Counted from the whole stretch's first letter, positions 11,585-25,146 are shown. The stretch: DNA of 59,897 nucleotides, filler included, from Dugesia japonica (GCA_001938525.1; 5 parts of 5 records of this genome joined end to end with filler, not necessarily neighbours in it), one strand, 5' to 3'. The notes: generated by a model not told the origin, from the letters alone. A program made the numbers and translations.

Positions 11585-13015
11585 ATAAAAAATGCTTTTG
11601 GTAGTGTACCACATGAATATTTGTGGTTTATTCTTCGTGTTATTGGAGTGAGTCATGATTTGTTAATATTCTTAAAAACTGTTACATTACAATTAAAAAG
11701 GGTGTTAAACAAGGTTTTCCTCTATCTATGATTCTCTTTTCCATTGCTATAAATCTTGTTCTTGAAGCTACTAAAACATGTTAAATATCACCTTTCATGA
11801 TAAATACTTCTTCTATTCAGATATTTGCGTATGCTGATGACATAGCTCTAATAGCAAAAAATACTGATGATCTTCAAACTCTAGTAAATAAAGTCATTGA
11901 AGTCTCTAAAGTTATTGATATGGAATTTCGTCCGGAGAAATGTGCTTACATTCAATCTCAAAACATTAACATTCCTAGTGTTATAAGAATTTATGATATA
12001 AAAATTTAAAAAATAATGAATTCTATCAATATCTTGATGTTCCTATTGGAGATCGTAATGATCAAACACCATATGATACTATTCAAAAATTAATAACTGA
12101 TGCCGAAAAACTGGCAAATTGATAACTGTTTGGTTGGCAAAAACCTTTAGCTTACAAGCTTTTTTTGCATTCTCGTCTTACTTTTTCTTTTAGAACTCGT
12201 GAAATCAAAACGAGTGCATTATCTATTCGTTTTGGTAACAGCAAATGTAGTTATAATTCTACTAGTAAACTTCGAATAGATTTTCGAAAAATAATGAATC
12301 TACCTGATCATTATTAGATTATTTACTACTGATTGTAATTATACTAAAACAATTAATCATGAGTCTCTTATAATTGCTGCTTCATCAAGATTAGGGATAA
12401 GGGTACCGACTTTATCTTAAAGTTTTGACTGGATTAATGGTAAAGTTAGTATCAAAAATTGCAAAGGGACAAAAACATGGTTTATGCGTCTGAGAACGGC
12501 AATTGAATACTTTAAAAGAGTTCATGACATAACCATTACATTTGCAGTTGACATGAACGGCACACTATTGCGTATTAATATGTCCAATGGAACGGTTACT
12601 GTAAATATGGCATAAAAGCAATAATAGAAACATTTTAGCTGATGCTGTGCGCCTTAGTACAGCTGTCAACAAACTAATCTTTCGCAAAGTTTTAGGCGAA
12701 TTTGAATGAAATTTCATATTTAAAGCATGCACAAATACACTTTCAGTAAATGCTCGACCACATGTCATTACTTTTGATGAATGACTATGTCGACGATGTC
12801 ATTCTCACAATGAAACAATGTCACATGTTCTACAAAGTTGTGATATTAAAAAACCTTTAGGAACAAAGGGTAATAATGCATACATTGAAATAATTGTTCA
12901 ATATTTATAATCCCATAATTTAATAATCGTAATTGATCGTACTTGTTCTCGGGTTCCAGACTCATAGATAGATATTATAGCAAAGTCTGATTGTTTTAGA
13001 ATAGATATTAAATCT
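11585..13015 (+). pseudogene. Degenerate non-LTR retrotransposon with restriction-like endonuclease (R2/R4/NeSL/Utopia-type), 5' truncated
   Basis: KNAFGSVPH, GVKQGFPLSMILF, FAYADDIAL, FRPEKC, FGWQK, C-terminal knuckle CRRCHSHNETMSHVLQSC and a degenerate PD..ID motif. Multiple stops and frameshifts. Confidence 0.8.
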
Positions 13016-13029
13016 GTAATCAAACACTA

Positions 13030-13400
13030 TTATCCAGAATTTTCTATATTTTCTATATTTTATTCTATTTTAGTAGATTTATCGTGATTTTCCTCGATTT
13101 TGTGCATTTCCTCATATTTTGCTAGATATACCCTATTTTACCCTATTCTCCAGGCATTTCTATATTTTACACTATTTTGAACTATTTTATCCTGTTTTAC
13201 CACATTTTTACCCAATTTTACCCTGATTACCTTATTTTAACCCTGTATTTTACTCCGTTTTACCCATATTACCCTAATTTACTGTAATTTACCCTAATTA
13301 CGTTGTTTTGCCCTGTTTTAACCCTGTTTTGCCACATTTATACTATTTTGGTCTATTATGCCTGATTTTCCCATATTTCACCGGATTTATCCATATTTTT
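13030..13400. repeat. Degenerate ~10-nt tandem repeat (ttttaccc-like)
   Basis: Recurrent ttttaccc/tttaccctg units. Confidence 0.7.
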
Positions 13401-14375
13401 TTATATTTTTGTAATAAGTTTCAAATGATAATAATAACTCATGGTTTATTTTATTGGATAAAGGATTAAATCTATTAAAATTTGAATTCAATATTGGTTT
13501 CAACATTATGTAAATAATAAATTAATTTTTTCAAATTTATATTATATTCATTTCATATTAGCATAATTACAATAATTACAATTTTGATATGAAATTAAAA
13601 ATCGATAAATATGTTGGTTGCTTAATTTTATATTACTATCATTGTAATTATTATAATTTCATATTTAGTTAATTGTATTTAAAATTTAATATAGAGAATT
13701 AAAAATGGTGAGTTTATATCTTTTATATGTTATATTTTTTATATTGTTGGGGTGAAACACCTGGTACCCAAAATAAAATTGGAGATAAGTATACTCAAAA
13801 TTCGAAAAATGGTCGTCAGAAAAGAAAGCAAAGCACTCCGACCTAAGAAGAATGTAATTTAGTAAAAGGAAGATATAATGAAAATATAAACTAAGATTGG
13901 TAATTAAAACCAACGAAATAACCAAAATTACAGCAAGAAACAACTCAGGAATAAGTAAACCAAAGAAGAAAAGAAGTAATATAAGTTGTAGCAGGACAAA
14001 GAAAAATAATGAATAACCATTCAAGAAAATCACATTGAATTATACTGAAAGAAAGAAAAAATTAATTTAATGAATTATATAATAGAAGAAAACAATGAAA
14101 TTAAATTAAAATTAAATCAGACAAAACAAAGAAATGAACACTTAATTAAGATGCACAAAGAACATAAAATAAATTATTTATTTATTTAAATAAAATAAAT
14201 CATAAGAATTAAAATCATTTATTTTAAATAGAAAATTAAATTTTCTACAAAAACTAGTGGCACCAAAATTATCAATTTAGAAAAGTCTGGTCTAGAGAAA
14301 ATCGGGAATTTCGAAAATCAAAGTTAGAAAATCATGGCAAGGATAGAAAAGAAGTTATTAGGGTTTGATAATGGA

Positions 14376-14505
14376 CCAATAATTTTGGAATCCCAAAATA
14401 ACTACCAATGAAAAACACGCATGTGACCATCTAGCCAATGAAAACACCGAGAATTTATATCTACCAATGAAACGAATGAAGGCGTCGACGAATCTGGTAT
14501 AAATA
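14376..14505 (+). promoter_or_regulatory. Four phased CCAAT boxes followed by TATAAATA (possible LTR U3 promoter)
   Basis: CCAAT at 14376, 14405, 14435 and 14464; TATAAATA at 14498. Confidence 0.45.
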
Positions 14506-14899
14506 CCCATGAAATTTTCATTAAAAGTTAGAGCATAAAAAAATCTGATCGCACCAATTTCTAATTACAAGAAGAGTAACAATAAATTCGGAAGCACCAA
14601 AATTTCAGGAGTAGAATCAAAATTATTATTGAAGCAAAGAATTGATTCTACAGTAATTTCTCGTTGTTGATTGCGGACAACGGTTTCCGACTGGATTGCT
14701 ATGACTTATTATTATGGAGGACCTCTGGAGTCACTATTGGACACGAATGGGATGGATGTTATACACTTTCGCTTGCTCCGGATCGGGATCCAGGTTTTGT
14801 TAATTGTGTTAATTGTTAGGTTATTGTACCCCAAGTGAAATTTAAATCATATAATATATTTTTCACCTATAAATTCTTTTGTTTTTCCGAATTGATAAT

Positions 14900-14990
14900 A
14901 GTAGGTAGATAGTGGCACACGGGCACAATTATTTTTAAGCAGTTATCAAGCACCTCTTCTCCGGGGGGGCTCGCAAACACATTACGCTTG
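14900..14990 (+). mobile_element. Polinton/Maverick-like terminal repeat (element extends rightward)
   Basis: AGTAGGTAGATAGTGGCACACGGGCACAATT...CACCTCTTCTCCGGGGGGGCTCGCAAA; inverted homolog of 11466-11584. Confidence 0.55.
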
Positions 14991-15470
14991 AGCTGCGTTT
15001 TTTTATCAATGATTTTTGTGATTGATTTTTTTTCAAAGATTTTTAGGATCAAAAATTTTTTGATTGGATCTAATTTTTTTTATCTGATTAGTTTTTTTGA
15101 TCCTGGAGGTGTGTGTGTATTTTTAAATTTAAAATTTTCTGTGTTTGGGTTGTTAAGGTGCTTTTAAAAAGTAGGTCAAGTTGTGTTTGTGTGTGTGTGT
15201 AAAATACTGGAAAAACGAGGAGGAGTAGCTAGAGATCGTGGAGATAATTTTTTTGGGATTTTCATGATTTATTTGTTGTTGGACAAAAATTTGGTCTATA
15301 TATTGTCTAAAGAACTTATGAGTTTGGACGGATGGTTTTCACTACAAGGGTAGTCATTTTTGTTTTTTTGATGTATTTGTGGTTATTTTTTCAGTATTTT
15401 GATCAGGGAAGTGTTGTTTTGTAAGATTTTCGACTGGGGAAGAGAGGAGTCTTGATATTTTTAAAAAAGT

Positions 15471-15615
15471 TTTTGGCGGGAAATTTAGAATTTTNTTTTG
15501 GCGGGAAATTCAAAAAAATTATTTTTGGCGGGAAATTAAAAAAAAATACTTTTGCGGGAAATTGAAAAAAATTATTTTGGTAGGAAATTTAAAAACAATA
15601 TTTTTGTTAGAAATT
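15471..15615 (+). repeat. ~26-bp tandem repeat carrying E2F-type TTTTGGCGGGAAA motifs (about 6 copies, decaying)
   Basis: Copies begin near 15471, 15496, 15523, 15550, 15575 and 15601. Confidence 0.8.
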
Positions 15616-15699
15616 TTTCATTGTAATGGGGGGGAATCTTTTATTACAATTAAATTAAATAAAATTTAATTTAATTTAATTTAAATAAATTACTTTGTT

Positions 15700-18150
15700 A
15701 TGTAAGAGATGGGGTAGTCTTGATATTTTGGATGCATAGTCTCTATATTTTGCATAAGATGTGCAATCTTGATATTTTTTAGATATTAATACAAGATATT
15801 GGGCATTAATGATATTTTTACGATATTTATGCATGTTATGGGCAGTCTTGATAATTTTTAAGATATTTATGCATGGTTTGGGCCGATTTGATCATTTTTA
15901 AGATATTATTACAAGATATTTTTGCATGTTATGGGCAGTCTTGATATTTATTAAGTCAATTATACAAGATATTAGGGATTCTTGATATTTTTTACGATAT
16001 TTATTCATGCTATGGGCAATCTTGATATTTTTTAAGATATTATTTCAACATATTTATTCATGTAATGGGCAATCTTGATATATTTAAGATATTTATGCAT
16101 GGTATGGGCAGACTTGATATTTTTTAAGATATTATTACAAGATATTTTTTAATATATTTAGATATTTGATATATGATATTTTTTAAGATATTATTACAAG
16201 ACATTTATGCATGTTATGAGCCGTCTTGATATCTTTTGAGATATTATTACAAGATATTAATACAAGATATTAGAGTCTTGGTATTTTGCATGGTATCAGC
16301 AGTCTTGAAATTTTTGAATCATGAGCCAATATATTTAACTTGGGAGGCTCTATATTTAGCAAGGTATGAGACAGACTAAAAATCATAGGCATGTAATTTT
16401 CAGTGTATGTGTGTTGCTTCTGAGATGTATACCGTTTGTATTTAAAATATCAATAAAACTTCCCAGACATGTGATTTTTAACGTATGTGTGTTGCATCTG
16501 AATTGTAACTGAGTTGCATTTTAAAAATCAAATGGTGGCTATATTGAATTTTAAAAATTCTCAGACTTGTGATTTTCAGTGTATGTGTGTTGCAGCTGTA
16601 ATGCTTCTGAGTTACATTTATGAAAGTATATCTATCAAAAAACTTGAAAGAGGGGAATCTATGTGATTTTGCATAATAAAATATAACTTTTATTAAAATA
16701 TTCAAATAAAAAAGTTCAAAGAGTGGAGTCTTTGTAAAATTTATATGTTAAAATATATCTTTCAGAAAACCTTCAAGAGGGGAGTATTTGAGATATTTAC
16801 ATTTTAAAATGTATCTATCAAAAATAATCCAAGAGGGGAGTCTTTGTGATATTTACATACTAAAATATAACTTTTATAAATTTTCAAAAATAAAAAACCT
16901 CAAAGAGGGAAGTCTTTGCGATATTTGCATGATAAAATATATGTCTCGATAAGCTTTATAGAGGGGAGTCTTTGTGATATTTAGATGAATAAATATTTAA
17001 ATTAAAACCTTTCATTACAAAATGATAAAAAACATAGAATTGTATTCAAAAACATAATACTAGTGCTAATTTCCTTTAGAAAATATCAATAGTAATGTCA
17101 TTTTTAATATAGAATCTCATTACAGTTGCAGTGTTTAATAGAAACTCTCATTACTGATGCAATTTTAAATAAAAAATCTCATTACCGATGCAATTTTCCA
17201 TTATAAAAAACATATTGACAATAAAATTTTCCAAAATAAAACAAATTGGTGATGCATTGTTCTTGTAAAAACATATTGGTGATAAAATTTGTCCATAAAA
17301 AACATATTACTAGTGACAATATTTCTATAAAAAAAACATATTGGTGATGTAGTCTTTCAATAATAAACAAATATTTACTGACAATTTTCCATACAAAATG
17401 ATTAAAACATAGAAACTTTCCATATAGCTAATAAGCCTATATAAAAATGACTTAAATAAGTAAATATTTTGATAACTAAATAGGGTTCATGAGTGTATAA
17501 AGTTTAAGAGTGATGAGGGTTAAAGAAGAAAGATGGTTTATGAGTGTATGTTTTGCATTGATACCTTGTATTATAGGGTTTATGAGTATATTATTTACAT
17601 GTAACCGTGTATAATAAGGATTATGAGTGTATTATTTACTAAGTAACCTTGTATTATTTACATATCAACCATGAAATTTAAGATTTATGAGTGTAATATT
17701 TACACAACAACCATGTATTATTTACATAGCAACCATGTATTATAAGGATGTTGTGTGTATTAATACATAGTAACTCTGTATTATAAGGTTTATGAGAATA
17801 TTGTTTGCATAGCTACCTTGTATTATTTACATGACAACCGTGTATTATAGGGTTTACGCGTATATATTTTAGAAAACAACCGTTTAATGATTTTTGTATG
17901 TATTATTTACATATTAACCATGTGTTATATGTTTTATGAGTCTGCTTTTTTTACTTAGTAACCTTGTATTACTGTATAACCTTAGTAACTTTGTTTTATT
18001 TATATAACAACCATGAAATATAACGTTTATGAAATATAAGGCTTATGAGGTAATTATTTACATATCAAACGTCGAATATAAGGTTTTACATAGTAACCAT
18101 GTAATATATGGTTTATGAGTGTAATATGTGTATATTTACATTGTATTATT
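15700..18150. repeat. Series of distinct minisatellite arrays
   Basis: gggcagtcttgatatt/acaagatatt units (~15700-16330), agaggggagtctttgtgatatt ~60-bp units (~16640-16990), catattggtgatg ~30-bp units (~17050-17420), and tttatgagtgt/aaccatgtatt units (~17480-18150). Confidence 0.85.
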
Positions 18151-18694
18151 ATTTAAATAGAACAGTTAATACCGGTTGATGGGAGGATTCTATATTTNNN
18201 NNNNNNNNNNNNNNNNNNNNATTATTATTATTATAATTATTAATTTGTGTATAGGAGAATTTGTTAAACCTGGAAATGTCTCCTGTTTCGATGTTGGGAC
18301 AACCAGGATGTATGTTGTGTTGAACAATTATATCTTTGACTTGTAATTTATAATTACCTTACAACGTTTATTTTTTCAAAAAATATTACAAATATAAATA
18401 TTATTAATGTTATAAATTAGCACAACTTTAAACGAAATTTTATTAACGAATAAAATTTAATTAGTTACTGTTTTTATTTTCTTTATGCAAGACTGAATCT
18501 TTCTTTAGATAAAGGATTTATTTGGATTTCTGTTTGGTTTTGATTTTGATAAGGCTATTTCAAATTCTTTAATTTCACTTTGGAATTAGTTTGACAAAAT
18601 TGAATCTTTCTTTAGATAATGAATTGATTCTAATTTCTGCTTGGTTTTGATTTTGATAAAACTATTTTAAGATCCTTAATTTCACTTTGGATTT

Positions 18695-18794
18695 NNNNNN
18701 NNNNNNNNNNNNNNNNNNNNNNNNNNNNNNNNNNNNNNTTAATTAATTAANNNNNNNNNNNNNNNNNNNNNNNNNNNNNNNNNNNNNNNNNNNN
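18695..18794. other. Artificial contig spacer
   Basis: 44 N + TTAATTAATTAA + 44 N. Confidence 0.95.
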
Positions 18795-19804
18795 CCAATG
18801 AAATTCGAGATAGTGAATGAATTATTAATTAAATAATCAAATTTGTTATAAAATCAAAATAATTCGCAATAAATGAAAGCAAATTGTTATAACTAAAATA
18901 AATTTAAATTTACTTTAACCATTAAAAAAAATCAGATTTCAAGAAAAATATTATAAATACCCCGTATAAAAATCATCTAGGTGAAAGTCTACTACCGATC
19001 CTAAATCTATACATGTGAAGTATAAAAGTATCCCCAGTCTAAAAAGTTAGACTTCAATAGAAAGCCATCGAATTACTCTCCTCGCCAGGTTGCAGAAAAT
19101 AAATCACTCAAATTCTCACTTCGCTCAGTAGGAAATTTCACAGTATTCAATTCAACCACAATTTTCGTGAAGACATTTGAAATCGATTCTCAGAACACCC
19201 AACAAAACAATTTCTCATTCAATTGAATAGACAAGAGTCACTACAATAAAATTATGTACGATTTATCCACATTCTCTCATGCCAAATCAGTATTGTGATT
19301 AATAGAGAAAACCAGTTCCAAGTTCACGTGTCAAAAATTATCATTCTATCCCGAAAAAATTTGCAATCCTTTCTCCACGCCACTCGAGTGCATGGACAGA
19401 ATCAATAAATATCCAAATAGTATTACCGCAACACATAGTCAAGAAGAAACTTTTCTGCAATTGCAAGAAGTTTGTATGTAGAAAAAAGATATAAAATTCT
19501 GCAAAAAGTGGATTTTATTCATTTTTTCATTCAGAAAAATTTGAAATCGACAACCAATTTCGACGAGAAATTCCTAGGTCCAGGTTTAATTCTCTTCTGA
19601 TAATTTGAGACCATTCACTCAATGACATTTTCTTTGACTCCTTTATTGCACAAATTTTTGCCTTTTGATGAATTATAATTTCTGTTNNNNNNNNNNNNNN
19701 NNNNNNNNNNNNNNNNNNNNNNNNNNNNNNNNNNNNNNNNNNNNNNNNNNNNNNNNNNNNNNNCGAAACTTTTAAAAATTATTAGAAATTTAATTCAAAA
19801 AAGA

Positions 19805-19947
19805 GCTTTCCGATTGCGGATCATGAAGTTTCGGATTAATGAATCAAGTTTGTCTGAAAACGTTCGAATATTTATGAAATAAATAAATATTTTTCGGACT
19901 ATGAAGTTTTCAGATTATTGAAGTTCGGATTAATGAGGGTTAACTGT
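19805..19947 (-). mobile_element. Terminus of a pogo/Tc1-mariner-like MITE
   Basis: Minus strand starts CAGTTAACCCTCATTAATCCGAAC, with repeated ttcggattaatga subterminal motifs. Confidence 0.45.
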
Positions 19948-20644
19948 GTGTATAAATATTATCAAAAAAGTGATTTAAAATTTAAATATAACATTGAACT
20001 AAGTACAAAAAATCTAATAGCCTTTTAAAAATGAATTTGATAAATAAATGTTTTCATTTATGCAAAATATGTGAAAGAATTTCAGTTTTTTTATTTCTAG
20101 TAATTTATTATCAGCTATGGAGACTTTCAATGCCAAAATTTACTCTCGAGAGATGGAAACTTCAAAAATAATAATGAAAATTTAAGGTTAGTTTTAAATA
20201 TATCAATAATATTAGATTTGATAAATTCATTTCATAAATTAAATTCCCAATTACTTTTAGAATCCAAAATTATTTTCATTTGATTATGTTCTATTATTGA
20301 ATTCATAAAATTAGAAAAATTGAGAAATATTTCTAAATATTTTTACGACAATAATTTTCTTGATTTTTGTTTGATAAAATAAATTGAGTTTAAATTTCAC
20401 TAATGACTTTACTTTTCAAGTTAATACAAATTATGATAGTTTCATGAAATTTATTAAAAAACTTTGCTGATAATGGTTAAAGTTCATTAAATGTAAATTA
20501 AAGTTTAGTAAGTGCTTAATTTATTAATAATTTATTAAATTTTTTTGTTAAAATTAATTCTTATTTATTTTGTTATTAACTATTTTAATTAATTAATTAT
20601 ATAATATAATACTTATATATTAACGAAATTCATTCTATTGTACC

Positions 20645-20945
20645 TAGGGTTGCCAACACCTACAACCTCGAACCCGGGAGATTAAAAATTGCAACTATTA
20701 TAATTTATAACGCTAAACAATTATAAAAAGTGGTTTACATATTTTTGTTGACACTGGCACAACTTGCACATGATAATGATGTGTGTGATTTTAACGATAT
20801 GATGACTAATACCAAAATGAATTAAACAAAACCATTTTGTTAAAACGGAAAGATTATGTCTCCCGAGTTAGAAATAACGACGAGACGGAAGACAAAATCC
20901 AGTTCTGGGAGACTCCCGACAAAAACGGAAGAGTTGGCAAGCCTA
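20645..20945. mobile_element. hAT-family MITE
   Basis: TIRs TAGGGTTGCCAAC / GTTGGCAAGCCTA; 8-bp TSD attgtacc / attgtact (7/8 match). Confidence 0.85.
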
Positions 20946-22329
20946 ATTGTACTATATTTGTGAAATTATATTCACATGACAATTTTATGATATAAATAAG
21001 AGGTGATAAAATTGTTTTTTTTCAGTTTTGATTCAACACTTGGTTACCTTGAGAACTTTTTTAAGTAAGTCAAAGGCGTTCACTACTTTATGATCCGCTC
21101 AATGAAAATAAAAGATGAAGTATTATAATAAGCATTATGTATACAATTTAAATCAGTGGTTCTTAATCTTTATTGTATTCAAAATCCCTTTGAATCCAAA
21201 AATGAGCTCTCGCCCACCCTTAAAATATGTTAATTTTTTTATTTAAGAAAAAAACATTTATTGCATAAACAAATGAATACTTTCTTTAGTATATTACTAT
21301 ATAACTTATAACAAACGCGATGTGCTGGGATACGGTAGAGAGTGTAAACGAGGCAAATGATAATGAATAGTACCACAACAGTTTCTGATATATTTACATT
21401 TATTTCTACGATAAAAGTAATCTTATAGTAATATCAACCAAACGATATCTTTCTATTGTTGAAGATATTGTAGTTGACATTTTATCTATTGATAAAGACA
21501 GTATCCAGCGTATACCAAATGAATATTGTAATGGCAAGGATAAAGAAATTAATGATATAAAAATGCAAGTTTTACAAACCTATCTATTGAAATTGCCTTA
21601 AAAATCTTTGCTATGTTACGTCAATTCAATAAAAAATGAATGCCGAAAAATATATCAATAGTTTTGAACAACATAACCTAAACATGACACGTCATTTCGA
21701 GTTCTTGAAATAAATTTCTTGTTATTCATCATCTACTATATATATCAAGGGTTTTTCAAAGTTTATGTTAAATTTAAATTAACAACATGAAATAGCAAAT
21801 TTTTAATATAAATTTTAAAATTATTCGTACTCAATAATATCTCAATGTTATAGTTGTTATAATGAATCAAATTAAGAGCTAAATTCGTTTTTCCTATAAG
21901 TAAGCATATGAATTTAAAATTGAATCTTATTTTTAATAATTAGTAATACATGACAACAAAATAAATTTAGGTTTACAACCTAACATGAATTTAAACTGAA
22001 TAATAATGCAAAATAGGCAGATTCCAGTATAAAATCAACTTGAGATAAAGACTGCAAAAAACCGTAAAACACAATTTTGTTGAAAAGGTTTCGAGAAGGT
22101 AAGCAAGTAAATAGGTTCGCACTGCCGCCATAAACCCACCTCCGGGATAGTTTTTTTTGCGGCAGAAATTCGATTGGCCAGACATTTTTTTGGGTGATTA
22201 CGTACTGAAATTTGATTGGTTGAAATTTGTAAGTGTGTAATGATAACATAATGTAGGTGGTTACGTAATGATAACGCCATCGATGCGTAATGGTTACGTC
22301 GTTGTGTTAATTTCCATTTTTGTTAATTT

Positions 22330-23290
22330 AAGATTAATTAGACTTTTGTGAAATGGATTAAAATTTTAAAGCGTTGACTTAGAAATTTCAATGTAATGAA
22401 CTATATTTTTAGTGTAACAGATTATAAGTTTAATTTTTTGGTTAGAATTATTATTTTTGAATAAGAAATTTTATTTAACAAACTACAAATTATGTGCTGA
22501 CTTTGACATTTTATGTGTTGGCTTAGAGGTTTTATGAGATTTTTAAGAATTTTGTATGATTAAAGTAATTTTAGTGCATGGATTATAATATCTGTGTTGA
22601 CTTAGAATTTTGTGTAATGGATTACAGTTTTAGTGTGATGGATTATCATTTTTATGTGTTGATTTAGAGCTTTACTTGTTGAGTGTTAATTTTTATGGGT
22701 TAGATTAGACTTTTGCGAGATGGATTATAATTTTAAAGCGTTGATTTAGAAATCTCAACGTGATGAACTTTAATTTAGTGTGACAGATTATAAGTTTAAC
22801 TTGTTGGTTGTGTGTTGACTTATAAACTTTATGTGTTGGTTTAGACCTTTTGTGAATTATCTAAGAATTTTGGGTGATAAAATATTATTTTAGTGTATTG
22901 ATTACAATTTTAAAGTGTTGACTTAAAACTTTCAATGTGATTAATTATAGTTTAGTGTGAAAGATTATTAATTTATCTAGTTGGTTATAATTCTTTGTAT
23001 TGACTTAGAAATTTTATTGACTTCCATGTAATTTGTGATAATTTTTAATTACTTCTAATTTTAGTAGAATGGATTATAATTTTAGTTTAAAAATTATAGT
23101 TTTAAAGCGATGATTTAGAAATTGTAATGTGATGAACTACATTTGTACTGTGATGGATTATAATTCTTATTGGATGAAAGTTAATTTTTGTGTGATGGAA
23201 TATACTTTTATGTGTGAATTAAAAGTTTTTTGTACAAAAATATTCATTTTTCTGACTTCCATGTAATTTATGAAAATGTTTAATGACTTT
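22330..23290. repeat. Degenerate tandem repeat array
   Basis: Recurrent ttgacttagaa..gtgatggattata..ttt units. Confidence 0.7.
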
Positions 23291-23291
23291 T

Positions 23292-23900
23292 TTATCTCTC
23301 AATAAATTTTAAATTGCTTAGACAAAATTTTAAAATTTGAAATTTCAACATTCGAAATACAATTACTTTTATTTTTATGCTTTGCAATATTACTACCACC
23401 ACCAAAACGATTATGCTCTGGAACCCTTGTACAGAAATGACGACAGTCTCTCCAATGTATGTGGCATCACACCNNNNNNNNNNNNNNNNNNNNNNNNNNN
23501 NNNNNNNNNNNNNNATTGGTGTATAGAATTTATTAACAATCTTATGTGAAGTAGATACCGTTTTAAATAAAGGAAAATCCTTAGAAGCTTTCAGTATCAA
23601 ATTTGAAAAATTTATAAAACCTTCAGAATAAGAAATCTATAAAAAAATGGCCAAATACAGTTTGATAAAGTGTTATGAGGTTTAGGATTATTCAACAAAG
23701 TTTCTATTTTTTTTATCTAAATCAATATTATATTATACTATATTATTTGGTAATAAATGAATATTATTACCAACCAATATTTTGTCAATTGTCTGCGAAA
23801 TCAATGAATTTAATAATTGTTTACTATACCCATTTGCTTTCAGTAACTTTAATAAATATTCAATACAAAAAGCTATAAAGCAAAGTTTTGTAAATATTTC
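23292..23900 (-). pseudogene. Penelope-like element C-terminal region with GIY-YIG endonuclease, degenerate
   Basis: IVNKF..CDATYIGET, then after a frameshift RHFCTRVPEH..SNIAKH..FKIL; upstream NGY motif typical of the PLE thumb/linker. Confidence 0.75.
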
Positions 23901-23921
23901 TTTCATAAATCCTAAAGTCGA

Positions 23922-24540
23922 AAACCGTAACTGGGTTTTCGATGCCCTTGTCTAATTTTATTTTTGCGCCCTTGACAAATTTTAGCTTTGCGACGTTTTC
24001 AATTGTTAGAAAAAAATAATTGGATTTTTCTTATTTTAATTATGACAATAATTACGTAGTCTGACAGTGACAGTCATACAACGTGGATATCAAAAATGCA
24101 NAAGACAGGAACAATACTAATTTACAGTTTATTATTTACTAAATAATACTTAATAAATTGGTGGGTAAAACTGGATATTATTGCGTTAATACAGACTACA
24201 CCAATACTTGAAGTATCATGTATCAACAGTGTCAATGTATCATAATCACTAACTCATACATAAAGAAAAAACTCACAATTAAAAGTAAATTTAAGTAACA
24301 CTACACTGATATAATCCTAGTTTTATATCAAAGACTCAAATCTTAACTTTTCTTGCTTTAATATTTGCAAAATTAGTGATGATTTCATTGAAGTTTATTT
24401 GACTGGTACGTTCACGTTCGATGGAAAAAAGAGATAGAGATTATGTGGTTGTTTGCCTGAGATTTAGCGGCGCCCTTTTTAACTGGCGCGGGCTGGCGCC
24501 CTTGGCAACTGCCCCAATGCAAGCCGTTGTTATGCCACGT
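23922..24540. mobile_element. Degenerate hAT-like MITE
   Basis: GC-rich GCGCCC subterminal motifs at both ends; ends resemble cgtaac.. / ..gttatgccac. Confidence 0.4.
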
Positions 24541-25146
24541 AATTATCCATTTTGAAATTTTTGAAATGATTTTTTCTTTCTTTCAATGATTTCAAATGAA
24601 CTTTTTCTATATTCTGTTTTAAAAATAGATAGGCAAGAAGAAGTAAAAGATTTAAAGAAGATATAATTCCACGTATCTGGCTATGCCAATAACATATTTA
24701 CTTTTCTGTTGGCAACAATAACTAGACTAAAAACTAGAAAATATGGTTTTTTTGAAACAGATAGAATCACTGTTATATTAATTATAGTTGGGAAAATGTT
24801 GCTACAAAGAAAACCCTTAGAAACATAAAATTTCATGTATTTGTGGAAAATCGAGTACAATTTAGTAATCTAGATGGTTTGTAAAAACAAAGTCATTTTC
24901 CACTAGGGTTCTGGTTTATTAAAAGTCTTTTGCATAATAAATAGTAATTTTATTGTCTTGTTTCCTTAGACAATTATTTTGACTCGTATTTTCCAAGATA
25001 ATAGAATAGAATTCAATCAAAAACCATTACTTTGACTTTATGGCTACAGATTTGAAGAATCTCAAATTTCAGATGTTTTCAAGCAACATATTAAACTAAT
25101 GTTTAAAATATTTTTTTTCACTTAATTAATTTAGCAAACTATTTAT

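Noticed and set aside
15700-18150. Regularly spaced repeats resembling a CRISPR array
   Set aside because: Eukaryotic context, degenerate units without unique spacers, and no cas genes.
18980-19680. Coding-like composition
   Set aside because: The frames examined are interrupted by stops and no motif was recognised.
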